A DNA stretch of 63,882 nt, taken from positions 9,736,001 through 9,799,882 of the forward strand of contig CM075991.1 of NCBI GenBank assembly GCA_038087875.1, written 5' to 3'. This DNA comes from Malacoraja senta (lineage: Eukaryota). The notes under the pieces were generated by a model that saw nothing but the letters and a program-made list of their open reading frames with translations, made no database searches and was not told the origin of the DNA. Shown here one piece after another: positions 1 to 12,151 of this stretch. The position numbers and the translations under genes were made by a program. Position 1 is the stretch's first letter. The number at the start of each line of letters is the position of its first letter.

Positions 1-575
1 TTGAATAGCAGGAATGTCCAATCAGCTGATTGTCAAACCTACAATCGTAATCCCTGACCATTGAGTACTTAAGCGTCGATTAGGTTCACACCAAGTTCAA
101 AACCTCATTACAGTGCAATACTTAGTTTGAGAAGCTTATCAGGCTACTAGCAGAGCAGATTGAATGGCTGCCACACAACAGCCACTTTCCAAATAAAACG
201 TCACCATCATGCAAAGACTGATGATCCAATAAGAAACATTTACAAGCTTTATTCATGCCTACTCCCCTGTGAGATATGCATTTTGGAGAACTGCGGTCAT
301 CAGTCACATTCAACAGGCTCCTCCAATAAACCGCCAATTACTAAGCATCCAGATAGATAACAGAAGGCGCCAATATTTGCTCAGTGTGACTGCTAAACCA
401 GAGGCAGGTTAAAACTATCCCCCTCGAAGTTTTTTGTTTAAACATAAAACTAGCATGTCTTATTCATTTTCCCTTTCCCATGAACACACCCACGCACATT
501 TAAAAAAAATTAACTGTTCATTGAATCTGAGAAAAACTGTTTTACCCCCAAGTCCAGAAATAGAGTTTGAAGTAA

Positions 576-779
576 AGGGTCTGTCCCACCTGGCCGTCAT
601 TTGCGCGTAATTTACGTGACATCATTTACGCGTCACGACGCACGTGATGCGCGCATGGTGCGTGGTGACATAGGCAGTGACGCGCGGTCGCGCGCGCCCC
701 CACCAGGATTTTGGAATGTACAAAATCTTCGCACGCCATCTGCGGGACGCACAAATGACGGCCAAGTGGGACAGGCCCT
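576..779. mobile_element. PIF/Harbinger-type MITE (GTCCCAC family, subfamily A)
   Basis: ~33-bp TIRs AGGGTCTGTCCCACCTGGCCGTCATTTGCGCGT / ACGCACAAATGACGGCCAAGTGGGACAGGCCCT, flanked by a TAA duplication (573-575, 780-782). CpG-rich and non-coding. Confidence 0.8.
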
Positions 780-1033
780 TAAGGATCCTCAATTGTTGGT
801 ACTTCCAGCTGGTGATGAGTGTTGTGTGCACTAGATGGCTCAGTGTAATATTAACACTACAGACTGCATCGCTTGCCAATCATGTCCCCATTGCTCCTAA
901 ACGTGGAAATCTCACTTATTGCAAACACACAAAGGCAAATGACCTAAAACAGAATCCCTTTACATAGTACAATGTGTCATGCCAAAATGTTTAATATTTT
1001 TACAGAATTAGGAATTTTATAAATGTTGTAAAG

Positions 1034-1419
1034 CAAAGATCCTATAGCGAGCAAGATAGACCACTCGATGAAAAAAACATAGTACAGTCATGGGCAGATT
1101 TATGGGTAATTTTCGGCCCCATTTCCGTAACCGGCTTCCGTCTCCACACCCAAGATCCCATAGGATAATAGTGCGGAGACGGAAGCCGGTTACGGAAACA
1201 TCCTCATAAAAATAAAAGTTATTTGGTAAAAATCTTCTCCTTATTTTCAGAACCATAATTTTTTTAACACAAACTGTTCCCCCGCAACGTTGATTACACT
1301 GCGAGTCGGGTTACTGAAATGGATGAAAAAAAGGCCCACGTTCTGCTCCGTTGCGTACTACACGTCAGCCCATTGCATTTAGAAGGAGTGGTCTATCTTG
1401 TTTGCTATAGGATCTTATG
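1034..1419. mobile_element. Non-autonomous TIR element (MITE) with an internal hairpin, superfamily unassigned
   Basis: ~31-bp TIRs AAGATCCTATAGCGAGCAAGATAGACCACTC / GAGTGGTCTATCTTGTTTGCTATAGGATCTT. Internal ~28-bp inverted repeat at ~1122-1198. No clear TSD. Confidence 0.7.
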
Positions 1420-1460
1420 CAAATGTTATACAAGTGGTATCTAAAAATGACTAAGAATGG

Positions 1461-1598
1461 AGATAGACATAAAATGCTGGAATAACTCAATGGGTGACAT
1501 CACCTATTCCTTCTCTCCGGTGATGCTGCCTGTCCCGTTGAGTTCCTCCAGCACTTTGTGTCTATCTTCCATGTAAACCAGCACCTGCAGTTCCTTTC
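1461..1598. mobile_element. Penelope-end foldback, centre deleted
   Basis: AGATAGACATAAAATGCTGG... inverted against ...CCAGCACTTTGTGTCTATCT; same family as 30603-31262. Confidence 0.7.
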
Positions 1599-2829
1599 AA
1601 CACATTACTAACAATGGCGTCAGGCAGATTCCCAACCTTCCCTAGAACAGATCCCCACATCACATTACCATCAACTGTAGTCCCCACGTCTCCATTTCTC
1701 CCACATGGCCACCAACCCCAACCCCCGAGCACAACCCCAGATACCAAGCCAATGTCCCAAATTGTAAAGCTCCTCAATCCTCTTTCGCCAATATCAAAGC
1801 GTGTCCACCACCCTGACTAGTGGCCTTAAACCAGATTAATTCCTTGCACCCGATCTGCAGCCCAATATACAGGCAAATGTGTCCATAGGGATACCAAATT
1901 TTAGGAAAAGGTCCACCAGAAAATCCCAATTAAATACAAAATTCTCAGGTTGTACAGCATCTATGGAATGAGAAACAGAGGGACTTCTTCGTTAAAGATC
2001 CTTCATCGCACTGATTCAACTTATACCCCAGTCAGGGTGTTGGCATTTTGTTTAGCCCACATACATAAAGCCAAATGATTAGCAATGAGAAAACACAGCC
2101 TACATGTGATGGCAGAATAGAAAAGTGCAATGAGAAAATTGTCCTGAATATCAATTTTACTTTCATATCAACAACTTTGACGAAAAGTTATTTCAATCAA
2201 ACATTTGGAACAGTATATACGGAGGCTCAATGACAGTGAAGCAAATACATCTTCTGTACTTTTGATGTGATAATGTTTCGAATCGCTCCCACCAGGACTA
2301 ATTCATCTTACGGCTAAATAGTTCAAAATACCGTAGAAATTGATGTTGAGGAGAATCTAGGATTTGAATACTGGGCAGGTTTCACTATTTTAGTGTACAC
2401 AGTTACCAATATTCAAACCCACACAGCAATTGACATCATTAGTTAAACACGAGTTGTCACTGAAGATATTAATAACTTAAATCCCAAGAGAGGGCAGGAT
2501 TTTTCTTTTCAACCTTCTTGAAATAATATTTGAAATATTCTGTGATGAAAGCGATGAAATATATTCCTCCTCTCTTCCCCACCCCCTACCCCATTCTCCA
2601 ATTCAAATGAAAGGCTTGGATTCCCAAAGTCAATGTGTATCTCTGTGCAGCCCAGGGGAAAATACGATGAAAACAAAGTGCACGTCATCCATTCACCTAA
2701 ATATTGATTAAGTGATGCGTTTGTAACAAGTCATGCGTCTCTTCACTTTTCATAAGCCCTGGACGACAACTCAGGGTAGCAGTTTGCCTCATTCACAGGA
2801 CAGTCCACTGACAACCAGCCACACTAATA

Positions 2830-3128
2830 AGGTCATAGGGAATAGGAGTAGAATTGGGCCATTCAGCCCATGAAGTCTACTCGGCCATTCTATCTCTCCC
2901 TCCTAACCCCATTCTCCTGCCTCATCCCAATAATCTCTGACACCTGTACCAATCAAGAATCTATCTATCTCTGCCTTTAAAATATCCACTGACTTGGTCT
3001 CCACAGCCTTCTGTGGCAAAGAATTCCATAGATTCACCACCGTCTGACTAAAGACATTTCTCCTCATCTCCTTTCTAAAAGAACGTCCTTTAGTTCTGAG
3101 GCTTTGACCTCTAGTCCTAGACTCCCAA
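2830..3128 (-). mobile_element. CR1/HER1-type LINE 3' fragment
   Basis: Reverse complement matches the ORF2 end (RVVNLWNSLPQ-like) and the GGGCYGAATGGCC tail seen in other copies. Confidence 0.85.
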
Positions 3129-3269
3129 TAATCAGTGCAAGACTGTTCATTCAGCTAACTAACAAAACATGTTGAGTGGCAGTTTGCTTGCAACAGAAGA
3201 CATGCACAATAGATGTTACATTGTCAAAATAAAACCCACATCTTAACAAAAAAAATGAACATCCCATAC

Positions 3270-3360
3270 CTTGGTTATAGGGTGAAGTGGACATCAGCGC
3301 ATTTAGGCCAGAGAATGATGATTTAATTGAATAGAAGAAATGACAGTGAAAGCATTTCAT
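3270..3360 (-). CDS. PPP2R2A: Alternative first coding exon of a PP2A B55 regulatory subunit, B-beta2-like leader MKCFHCHFFYSIKSSFSGLNALMSTSPYNQ(A); probably PPP2R2A
   Basis: aagATG start, 30 codons + 1 nt, then a CAAG|gtatgg donor in phase 1, as needed to join the common ADIISTVEF exon. Resembles the recalled PPP2R2B B-beta2 leader MKCFSRYLPYIFRPPNTILSSSCHTE(A). Paralogue assigned only from EBF2-PPP2R2A divergent synteny. Confidence 0.65.
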
Positions 3361-3877
3361 CTTCTGCAGTATACTGATATGCTGCCGGAGTTTCATTTAT
3401 TTACACCACAGCCCAAAACAAGAAAGGAGTAAACCCTTCTATCTATTTATACTGTTTCAATTAATAACGGAAATTGTAGACTCTTGTCCTGCAATGGGAG
3501 AACGTGTGGCCTAAATGCATACAAAACAACCTCTGTCCCTCTTTTCATCTCCTGCCTAGTTTGCTTTTTCTTTAAAAAACTGCAACCCTTTGACTGGAGG
3601 AGCCTTTTGGAAGAGGGGGGGGGGGGGAGGAAATCAGCTAACCGCACTGTAAAGAATTATCTGTAAAATGCGGAATTCAGCTGCCTGTATCTGCAGCACC
3701 AGTATTCAAACCCGATGCTGTTTAACTCTGACATTGAGCTCCTTCCCTAGATACAGCAGCAATCCAAAATTAAAAGAGACAACGGCTTCCTGCAAAAAGT
3801 CGATGGTTTTCCCCATCCCTAGAAGTGCCAGCCTTTATGGCATTAAACACTGAAAGAGCATAATCCTGCTGTGCTTA

Positions 3878-3897
3878 CCAAGGTCAAAGTGACGTCA
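3878..3897. promoter_or_regulatory. Compact motif cluster: SF-1/ERR-type CCAAGGTCA, DR1-like AGGTCAAAGTGA and full CRE TGACGTCA
   Basis: Sequence CCAAGGTCAAAGTGACGTCA lies ~520 bp upstream (on the - strand) of the MKCF exon, in unique DNA. Confidence 0.35.
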
Positions 3898-4469
3898 GCT
3901 CTATTCTCAGACCTCAGCCATTCCCTGCATTTCCTTAGCATCCTCACCTGCACTATAAAGTTCAATATAATTGAAGGAACATATTGCAGTTAAGCCAAAT
4001 AGGATGGTACACCTCTGTAATGTACCCTAATCATTAATGAACAAATCTTAGACCTTTTTTGCCCTTGTCACCTTTCAAGTGATAAAACATGAAAACATAT
4101 GATTAGCTTTAAACGGGTCAAACTATCAAAGTCAATTTAAGATTCAAATAAGCTTTGAAACATTTGACTATTTCATTAGCAGGGCTGCATCTTGCTGAAT
4201 GCATTTCTAACATTTGGGAACTTAAGGCTCCAGTGAATCAGGCTCCTTTTCGAAACCATTTCCAGGCCTTGCAAATTAAGTAATTCTATTTGCTCAGTTA
4301 CTTCAACAACAGAATCAGTACTACAATGTGTATTTGATTTTCTGATGTAAACGGAGCTGTGTCAGCAAACTAAAGTACTACAAGAACACACTTCACAGAC
4401 AGCAATTTTGCTTCCTGACACCCATATGCAAAAAAAGAAACAAACTCCTGGTTGATCGCATGTTCTAGT

Positions 4470-4742
4470 AACAGAATTAGGCCATTCGGCTCATCAAGTC
4501 TACTCCGCCATTCAATGATGGCTGATCTATCTTTCCCCTCTCAACCCCATTCTCCTGCCTTCACCCCATAACACCCGACACCCTTACAAATCAAGAATCT
4601 GTCAATCTCCGCCTTAAAAATATCCATTGACGGTCTCCACAGCTATCTGTGGCGGTGAATTCCACAGATTCACCTTTTATTCTGGTCCTAGACTCTCCCA
4701 CCAGTGGAAACATCCTCTCCACATTCACTCTATCCAGACCTT
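4470..4742 (-). mobile_element. CR1 LINE 3' fragment, internally deleted
   Basis: Same 3' end as 2830-3128. Confidence 0.8.
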
Positions 4743-4885
4743 TTGTATAGCGTGTTTTACCTCAAGATGCTCTACAGCCAATGAAATACTTCCAGAATGC
4801 TTTCAATGTTACAGTGAAGGAACTTTGAAGAGCAATTTCTGTCAACAACGGTGAAGTAATGATACATTTCAGTGTTATTAAATTT

Positions 4886-5018
4886 AATGTGTAGGAAGGA
4901 CCTGCAGATGCTGTTTTAAATCGAAGATAGACAAAATGCTGGAGTAACTCAGCAGGACAGGCAACATCTCCGGAGAGAAGGAATGGGTGACGTTTCGGGT
5001 CAAGACCCTTCTTCAGAC
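4886..5018 (-). mobile_element. Penelope-like element end with hammerhead-like motif
   Basis: Reverse complement reads GTCTGAAGAAGGGTCTTGACCCGAAACGTCACCC...CAGCATCTGCAG. Confidence 0.8.
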
Positions 5019-5453
5019 AAAATTAAACAATCTTCATTAAATGTAATGACTGCTTGAATTATGAAACAAATAAAAATGGCAATAATATTCAGACTCAATA
5101 TGTGGAGAGAGAAACAGTTGGCATTTCATCAATGACTTCTCTTCAGCAATGGAAAAAGTAGACATGCAATTTTTTTCCAGAGGCACTAAAGGTCAATCCA
5201 ATAAGTTAACCGTTTCTCATCCCACAGACATTGCCTCGCCTAGAGAGCATCTCCAGAATGTTTTGCTTTTACAACAACGGACAGTGCATCAAAATTAGAG
5301 ATGATTCACAAGTTACCGCAATCAAAGATAACTCTCAAATTCAAAATTCCTCATTTCTAACCGCTAGAATAATCCAGGTAAGGAGTTACAAATATACATT
5401 CAACTTGGTCTACAATACAAGTGTAACACTGCCAAAAAACTAAACCAGGGCAT

Positions 5454-5728
5454 CTAGGACACAGGTTTACAGTGAGGGGCAAAAAATTCAATAGGTACCT
5501 GAAGGGTAACTTTTTCTTTTACACGAAGGGTGGAGGGCGTATGGAATGAGTTGGCAGAGGAGGTAGTTAAGGGTTTCTGGGAGATGAAGAGACATTTGAA
5601 CAGGTACATGGATAGGATAGGTTCAGAGGGATATGAACCAAGTGCGGGCAGGTGGGACTAGAGCAGATAGGGCATATTGGTCAGCAAGTTGGGCCAAAGG
5701 GGCTTGTTTCCACACTGTATGACTATGA
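5454..5728 (+). mobile_element. CR1/HER1 LINE 3' fragment
   Basis: GHRFTVRG/RVEGVWNEL-like remnants; tail GGGCCAAAGGGGCTTGTTTCCACACTGTATGACTATGA. Confidence 0.75.
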
Positions 5729-5747
5729 TAAAACAAGTATTAATAAC

Positions 5748-6312
5748 ATAGCACATCAGCGCCTCTACTTCCTGAGAAGACTAAGGAGAGTTGGTATGTC
5801 AAAGAAGACTCTCTCGAACTTCTACAGGTGCACAGTAAAGAGCATGCTGACTGGTTGCATCGTGGCTTGGTTCAGAAACCTGAGCGTCCAGGAACGGAAA
5901 AGGCTGCAGAAAGTTGTAACCACTGCCCAGTCCATCATCGGCTCTGACCTCCCCACCATCGAAGGGATCTATCGCAGTGGCTGCCTCAAAAAGGCTGCCA
6001 ACATCATCAAGGACCCACACCATCCTGGCCACACACTCATCTCTCCGCTGCCATTGGGCAGAAGGTACAGGAGCCTGAAATCTGTTACATCCAGGTTCAG
6101 GAACAGCTTCTTTTCCACAGACATCAGGCTATTAAACTCGCCAACAAACACTCTGAACTGTAACAGCCGATTGCACTTTATCTGCTTATTTATGTGTATA
6201 TTGAATTGAACTGTTCTGTATTTTTGCTTACAATATTCTGTTGCGCTGCAGCAAGCAAGGATTTCATCATCCTATCTGGGACACATGACAATAAACTCTC
6301 ATGACTTGACTA
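5748..6312 (+). mobile_element. Rex1/Babar-type LINE 3' fragment (RT C-terminus plus 3' UTR)
   Basis: AHQRLYFLRRLRR...FYRCTVKSMLTGCIVAWF...DPHHPGH...GRRYRS...RFRNSFF, followed by an AATAAA tail. Confidence 0.85.
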
Positions 6313-8021
6313 TCTTTTTATTATTTAATGCAGAAATTAGGGGGGGGGGGGGTCATATGGTTACTTCTGAACAAAACATACATTGAAATCCCATGTTCTT
6401 TCAGATGGACATAAAACTCAGCCAACATTAACCACATTTCTATCACAGGTCCACTGAAAGTGAATTCAGTTGCAGAACAGAAATGATGAAAAACTTCAAT
6501 GTTAAGCCAACAAGCCAGAGGAGAAGGGTCTCAACCCGAAACGGAGTCTGAAGGGTCTCAACCCAAAATGTCACCCATTCCTTCTATCCAGAGATGCTGC
6601 CTGCCTCAGAGTTATTGCAGCATTTTGTGTATAAGCAGATTGTCCTACAGCAACCTTCTTCAAAAGTTCTGACTGAACAAGGATCATGATAGGAAACCGG
6701 TTGTAGCTAATTTTTTTCCCCTATTCCAATCCAAAGAATTGGACAGAGATCAGCTTGCCTCCCAGGACTGAACATAGGGGCATCACATTTTTATTAGCAT
6801 ATTTTTATTTTTATTAGCATATTACCATTCCAGGCCACCCACATCAGCATTATTGCCTTAAAAATCATTGTAGCTCATATCTTTTGGAGCAGACTAATAA
6901 AGGTTACTTTCTTGTAGCAAAGTTTGATTTGCAACTAAATTATGAATGTTCAAATTATTATTAGTCATGGCATTAGTGGGGGTTTTTTAAACAGTGTTAA
7001 TGAAGGGTGTTAGACCCAACATATTCTTCATACTTTCTTTCTAGGGATATGTAGTTTGCTAAGAAAGGTGACTTTACTTTGAAAGTAATTCCATTCTGCC
7101 AAATACTTTAAGATGAGAATGTTATTGCAGTTGTTTCTTTCCACTATATAGTACCAGGGACAATGTAGTAGCAGTTTTCTTTTACTACAGATATGTGCAG
7201 TGTTAATAGATGCAACAACAAACTTTCAAAGGGCAACGACATGAAGGTGGGTTGCTATCAAGTATAAAGATTTGAAATCCTTTAAATGGACATAAATTCC
7301 AGGTACCAATCACTTAATTCCCTCCCTGATAATGAAATGTCTTGCCTACACATATTCCAAAAATGTCCCTTATCCCACAGTGTTTCTCCAGAAGAAAGAT
7401 CTACAATTAGAGATCATTCTCATATAGGGAAAATAATCTTCTTCAGGCAGTGATAACACATGCGTCACTGGTACACTATGAATGTTTGCATCCAATATAT
7501 TCATCTAGTCTCAGAATGCTCTAGAGCACCCACTTCTTTATTTATAGACAAATGCAGTAACTATTTTGATCCAATCAGGATCACAAACTGGAAATTGCCT
7601 AGTTAAATTCCTGGATTTCAAAGAAGAATGCTTGAAAGGCACACCATTCTGCTGTTTTTTCAAAACACACCACAAGATCTTTTACATCCCACTCACAATG
7701 CAGATGGCACGTTACTTAATGCCCCATCTGCAAGACAATACAGCATGCCAAGTCAATAATGACAATACAGCACTTGCTTTACATCAGTCATTTTATTACA
7801 TTTGCTCATGTCCTTGCCCCATCTTCTCCCGTGTGTGCCGTGAAGGCGATCGCCATGGGCAAAATAGCCTCTGGTATCATCATGCTTTCCATTTTTGTAC
7901 ATATCTAGACAGAGTGTGGCATCCACTGCTAGCAAAGGGCATGCCACACCAAATCCAGCCCCGAACCCCACATGACCCCCCCCCCCCCACCCAAAAGTAA
8001 TTTTCAAACAGGGATTAATGA

Positions 8022-8225
8022 AAGGGTCGGCACAGTGGTAGTTATTGCCTTAGTGCCAGAGAGCAGAGCTCGATTCCTGACTCTGGGTATTGTCTGTATG
8101 GAGTTTGTAGGTTAATTGGTTTCAGAAAAATTGTAAATTGTCCCTAGTGCATAGCATAGTGCTAGTGGATGGAGTGATCACTGGTCGGCGCAGTCCCGGT
8201 GAGCCAAAGGGCCTGTTCCTGCAAT
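8022..8225 (+). mobile_element. HE1/V-SINE, internally deleted
   Basis: tRNA-like head GGCACAGTGG...TCGATTCCTGAC; tail CCAAAGGGCCTGTTCC. Confidence 0.7.
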
Positions 8226-9288
8226 TGCAACGATTGCAAGTTTTGTGTCCGGAATTAACAAATGCCATTGATCACAAAACAAACCCTGTGAAGTCTGCAT
8301 ATTTCAGTATTGCAAACATGGGAATTGTAATTAATTTGTGAGGTAAGCTTAGAATAAAATGACATTGTCACATGAAGAGGACTTTACCCTGCCCCACCCT
8401 GAACCAGAATGAACAGTAAATTCTGAATGGAGAATGCCATTTTCTTTTCCAGGCTGAAAGTAAATATACAAACAGCTTGGCAACGAAAGGTATCTGGGCA
8501 ACCACTGAAGCATTTTTACAGAATTAGGTCCCAGCAGAGCATTACCAGGCCAGTCCAAATTTGTATCCTCTTAAAACAAGCACAGGCATTCCAGAGTAGA
8601 GATCAACTCTTCTCTGATAGAGTCTCAAAATGGCGAATCTACTCTAGTACAGGAAAGATTTAATAAATACGATGGAGCAATTTTTACAGATAAATCAGAC
8701 AGCTGCCCTTTAAAGTTTTACTTGGCAATTTCTTCAGTCATCAGATGCTTAACAGCAGCAGAATCCTCCAAGGAGATTTACAATTAAATCAAACAATGAC
8801 TTTGTAATAATCACAAACTAGAAGAAATGTAAACACAATTCTAAATATCAGACAATAAAACAAACAAAAATGTTGGTCTTAGTAATGCAGGACTCAAAAT
8901 TCAGAGCTCACGGTACCAAAACACACATATCACATCTGTCTTGTCCTACGACAAAATACATCCTTCAGCTGCACGCAAGACATCATTTGTTGCAGTTACG
9001 GACAAATCCATTTTAGACTTTGTGATCAGGAGGGAGGACATTACAAGGAAGGTTTTGTTAAGCAGAGATAAGAGGAATGAGAAAATAGAATGGTCAATAA
9101 AAGAACAAGTCAGTGAGCATGAATGAACATCAGTATTCAACACAAACATACACACATGTTGACCTACTTTGGAGAACATCAACAACTTCTTGTTAACCCT
9201 ACAAGTGAAACCTGTAATTACACATAGGCATGGGTTTGCTTTCAGATAGTGGAGGCACTTATTTTCAACACGTTTTCAATTCCATTAC

Positions 9289-9328
9289 CTTTGTATTTTG
9301 GCCATCTTTTATCAAAGACGGATTGCAT
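9289..9328 (-). other. Candidate 40-bp exon of the minus-strand host gene
   Basis: ttttctgtttag|ATGCAATCC...TACAAAG|gtaatg; reads MQSVFDKRWPKYK + 1 nt (phase 1). No recognised homologue. Confidence 0.3.
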
Positions 9329-9423
9329 CTAAACAGAAAATATTTTGAAACAAGCACGTGCCACCATAGTGCTTTGGAGAACATCAACGCAGTAGGTTAA
9401 CAGGCCACACCAGCATCAATTGA

Positions 9424-9520
9424 TGCGTCTGAAGAAGGGTTTTGGCCCGAAACGTTGCCTATTCCCTTCGCTCCATAGATGCTGCAGCACCCGCTGAGTT
9501 TCTCCAGCACTTTTGCCTAC
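9424..9520 (+). mobile_element. Minimal Penelope end (~97 bp) with 10-bp TSD
   Basis: CATCAATTGA at 9414-9423 and 9521-9530; begins a few bases before CTGAAGAAGGG...CCCGAAACGTT. Confidence 0.85.
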
Positions 9521-12151
9521 CATCAATTGACTTGATGTGGATTTCTTCAAGGTTTTGCTATTCTATCAAAGAAATATTGAATATTTAATGGTTCAATGAT
9601 TCTTTTATTGTCAAGGTACAGTGAAATACATGAAAGACTATACGCTTGGTAGCCATCACCTTCTTTGGAGTTAAATGCCTTTTGAGAAAAATAATAATTT
9701 TCCAACTGCTGAAACTTAGTACATTTTCTTGATGATCAATGTATTTTATGCAATTGATTTCCAATAAAGCTTCAAGGAAGCTCAGAATGGAAGCAGTGAC
9801 TTAATCCTGTTGTTTGCCTTTACTTTGATTCAATACCTAATGAGCTACATTTCGAGGCTGCGAGGATCTTTTATTGGCCATGTATACTAGATCTTTGAAG
9901 AATGGATTTAGCCAAGAGACTGACCCAATGGCACAACAGATAGATAAGCAACCTGATGTCATAGAACAGGAAGGGATCCTAGGTGTGCAGGCATGATCCC
10001 AAGTTGGCTGCAGTACACACACTGGGACTGATGCAAATCACCCAAGCTTAGACTAAGGGCAGGACAGTGGAACAAATTGACATTTGGCCGAGTCATGATG
10101 AAAAGAAACATCAGGATTCCCAGCATTGAACATCAGCCAGCAATGTTTTCTGCAGTACAACCCATATTAAAAATCAAAGGAGCACAGGACCAGGCTTGCT
10201 ACTGAGGTAGCTGGACCGACTAACCTTGAGCCAAGCATGGGAAATACCATAATGTAATTATGGCACCAGTAATCTAATTTAAAATCTTTAAAATGCCTTA
10301 TACTCATAAAGTTTGATATCTTTGATCGAAAAGTGCAGAAACTTACTGCTTTGGCAATGACCTCCCGTAGTTAAGGAAGAGATCTGATGAGTGGGAAGAC
10401 ACAGGCTGAGTAATAATGAGTGTGTGGAAATATAAAAGTTTTAGGACGTAGGCACCCTTCCGGTTCTACTTAGCTTTTGGAGCAACATCTGTCAAATTAG
10501 CCCACATTACACAAGCTTTACAAGCACATTGCTATCAAAATACCATCAGGGAAATCTATTTAACTGATGCCAATATGTTTTAATGTTCTGCCATGTGCTT
10601 AAACAATGTGATCTTTTCTACTCATTATCATGCAGTGTCTCAAACTACTGCTTCCACAACCACCTCCCACCAGCCTGAGTGAAAAAAAATGACCTCCGTA
10701 GTCCTGACCCAAAGTTCAAGTTTAAATGATTGCACTTCCATTCAGGTTCGATTATAAAAATGTTTCGCTGAAATCATCAAGTTTCAGCAATGGAAACACG
10801 ATGTAATGCCCCCTCGGCTGCAACTGGTTATAAAATAGAAATTATTCCGTAGGTAGTTGTTGATATTATTGCCAGAAAGGCAGGCTTTTCTAACAATTAC
10901 TTTCTAAAGGCAAGTGCTTAGTTTATTGAACAGCTGTAGCGCCATGATAAAATGTATACACTAGGACTGCATATGGGACTGTTCAACAAACCAGAGGCAG
11001 GCGGATTGATAGAAAGATGAGTAGCCTGCCACTCACACAATGTCCAAGTATAACCAGTGTATGTGGGCAACCTGACAATAAAAGCAACTGGTAGCACGTA
11101 CATGAAAATCACAAAGCCGCCGATTTGATTTTGCAAGTATCGCCAAGCACCCGTACCCAATAACAAGCAATCACACAGTTTGCAGAACCTCACAGCCTTT
11201 GCTTCGGATCGGTAATGATCCGTACTGCCATCCATACTCATTAATAAAGTGGTCACAAGTGGTCCAGGGAAAGCCAACAAAATTGCATCGCAATCCAACA
11301 ATTTAAGACAAAGCATGAATCTGGGATTTAATCTACTGTAGCTTGAAGCAAGAGGTAGAAAATAAAATTGGTAATTTAGAATTAAATTGTCAGTAAAAAC
11401 ATTGACTGGGTAGTTATTGGTGATGCAGAAAGCTCGAGCCTTCTGGAAACTATCAGAAAAATGGGGCAAGGGAATGTACATCAAATGGAAGGATTCCAAA
11501 TGAATGGAGCATTGAGGGATCTTAAAGTGCACAAGAATAGATTCCAGAAGGCAGGAAAGATAGATAAGATGATTAAGGCAACACAGAACACACTCTGTTT
11601 TATTAGCAAAAGAGTGGGTCGGAACCAAGTGATTTGTATCTGATTGGAATTTAGTGCACCACTAGAGTGCCACATGTAATGCTGATCATCACCATACATG
11701 AAGGGTGTGATTGCACTGAAAGGTAGAGGAGATTGCAGAAATGAAGAATATTGGATGAATTGGGATTGCTAAATTAGAACGGTGATAAGAGGGGAGACCA
11801 AGCATAGACTACAGGCCACTTCGCCGAACACTATTTCTCTGTCCAACATAAGAGGGGAAATTTAGTTGGGCTCAATAAATTTTCAGGCACCTAAGTTACA
11901 GTCAATCCCCTGAGAGGTTACTAAGAAGATAACATTTGAAGTAACCTGGGAACTATCGTAGAAAAACATTTCACCTCTAGGCGGCTCTGGAACCCTGCCT
12001 GAATAGCTGCAAGGAAAAAAAAACACTTTTAAAGAAATGAAAATAGTTAGATGTACCTTTGCCATTCCACAAATTGCAAGCTGACTCACCATGGGCTGGG
12101 CACTGGGATGAGGCAGGCAGATCTTCAGCCAGCACATATGTCAGTTTATAG

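Noticed and set aside
131..150. AGCTTATCAG resembling the miR-21 seed region
   Set aside because: The match stops after ~10 nt and no precursor hairpin is evident.
10347..10383. 37-bp minus-strand exon-like segment (cag|...GCA|gtaagt)
   Set aside because: No recognisable peptide and phases do not fit the B55 structure; probably chance splice signals.
10918..11628. 236-aa minus-strand ORF
   Set aside because: No recognisable domain, non-ATG start, and partly antisense to a decayed CR1.
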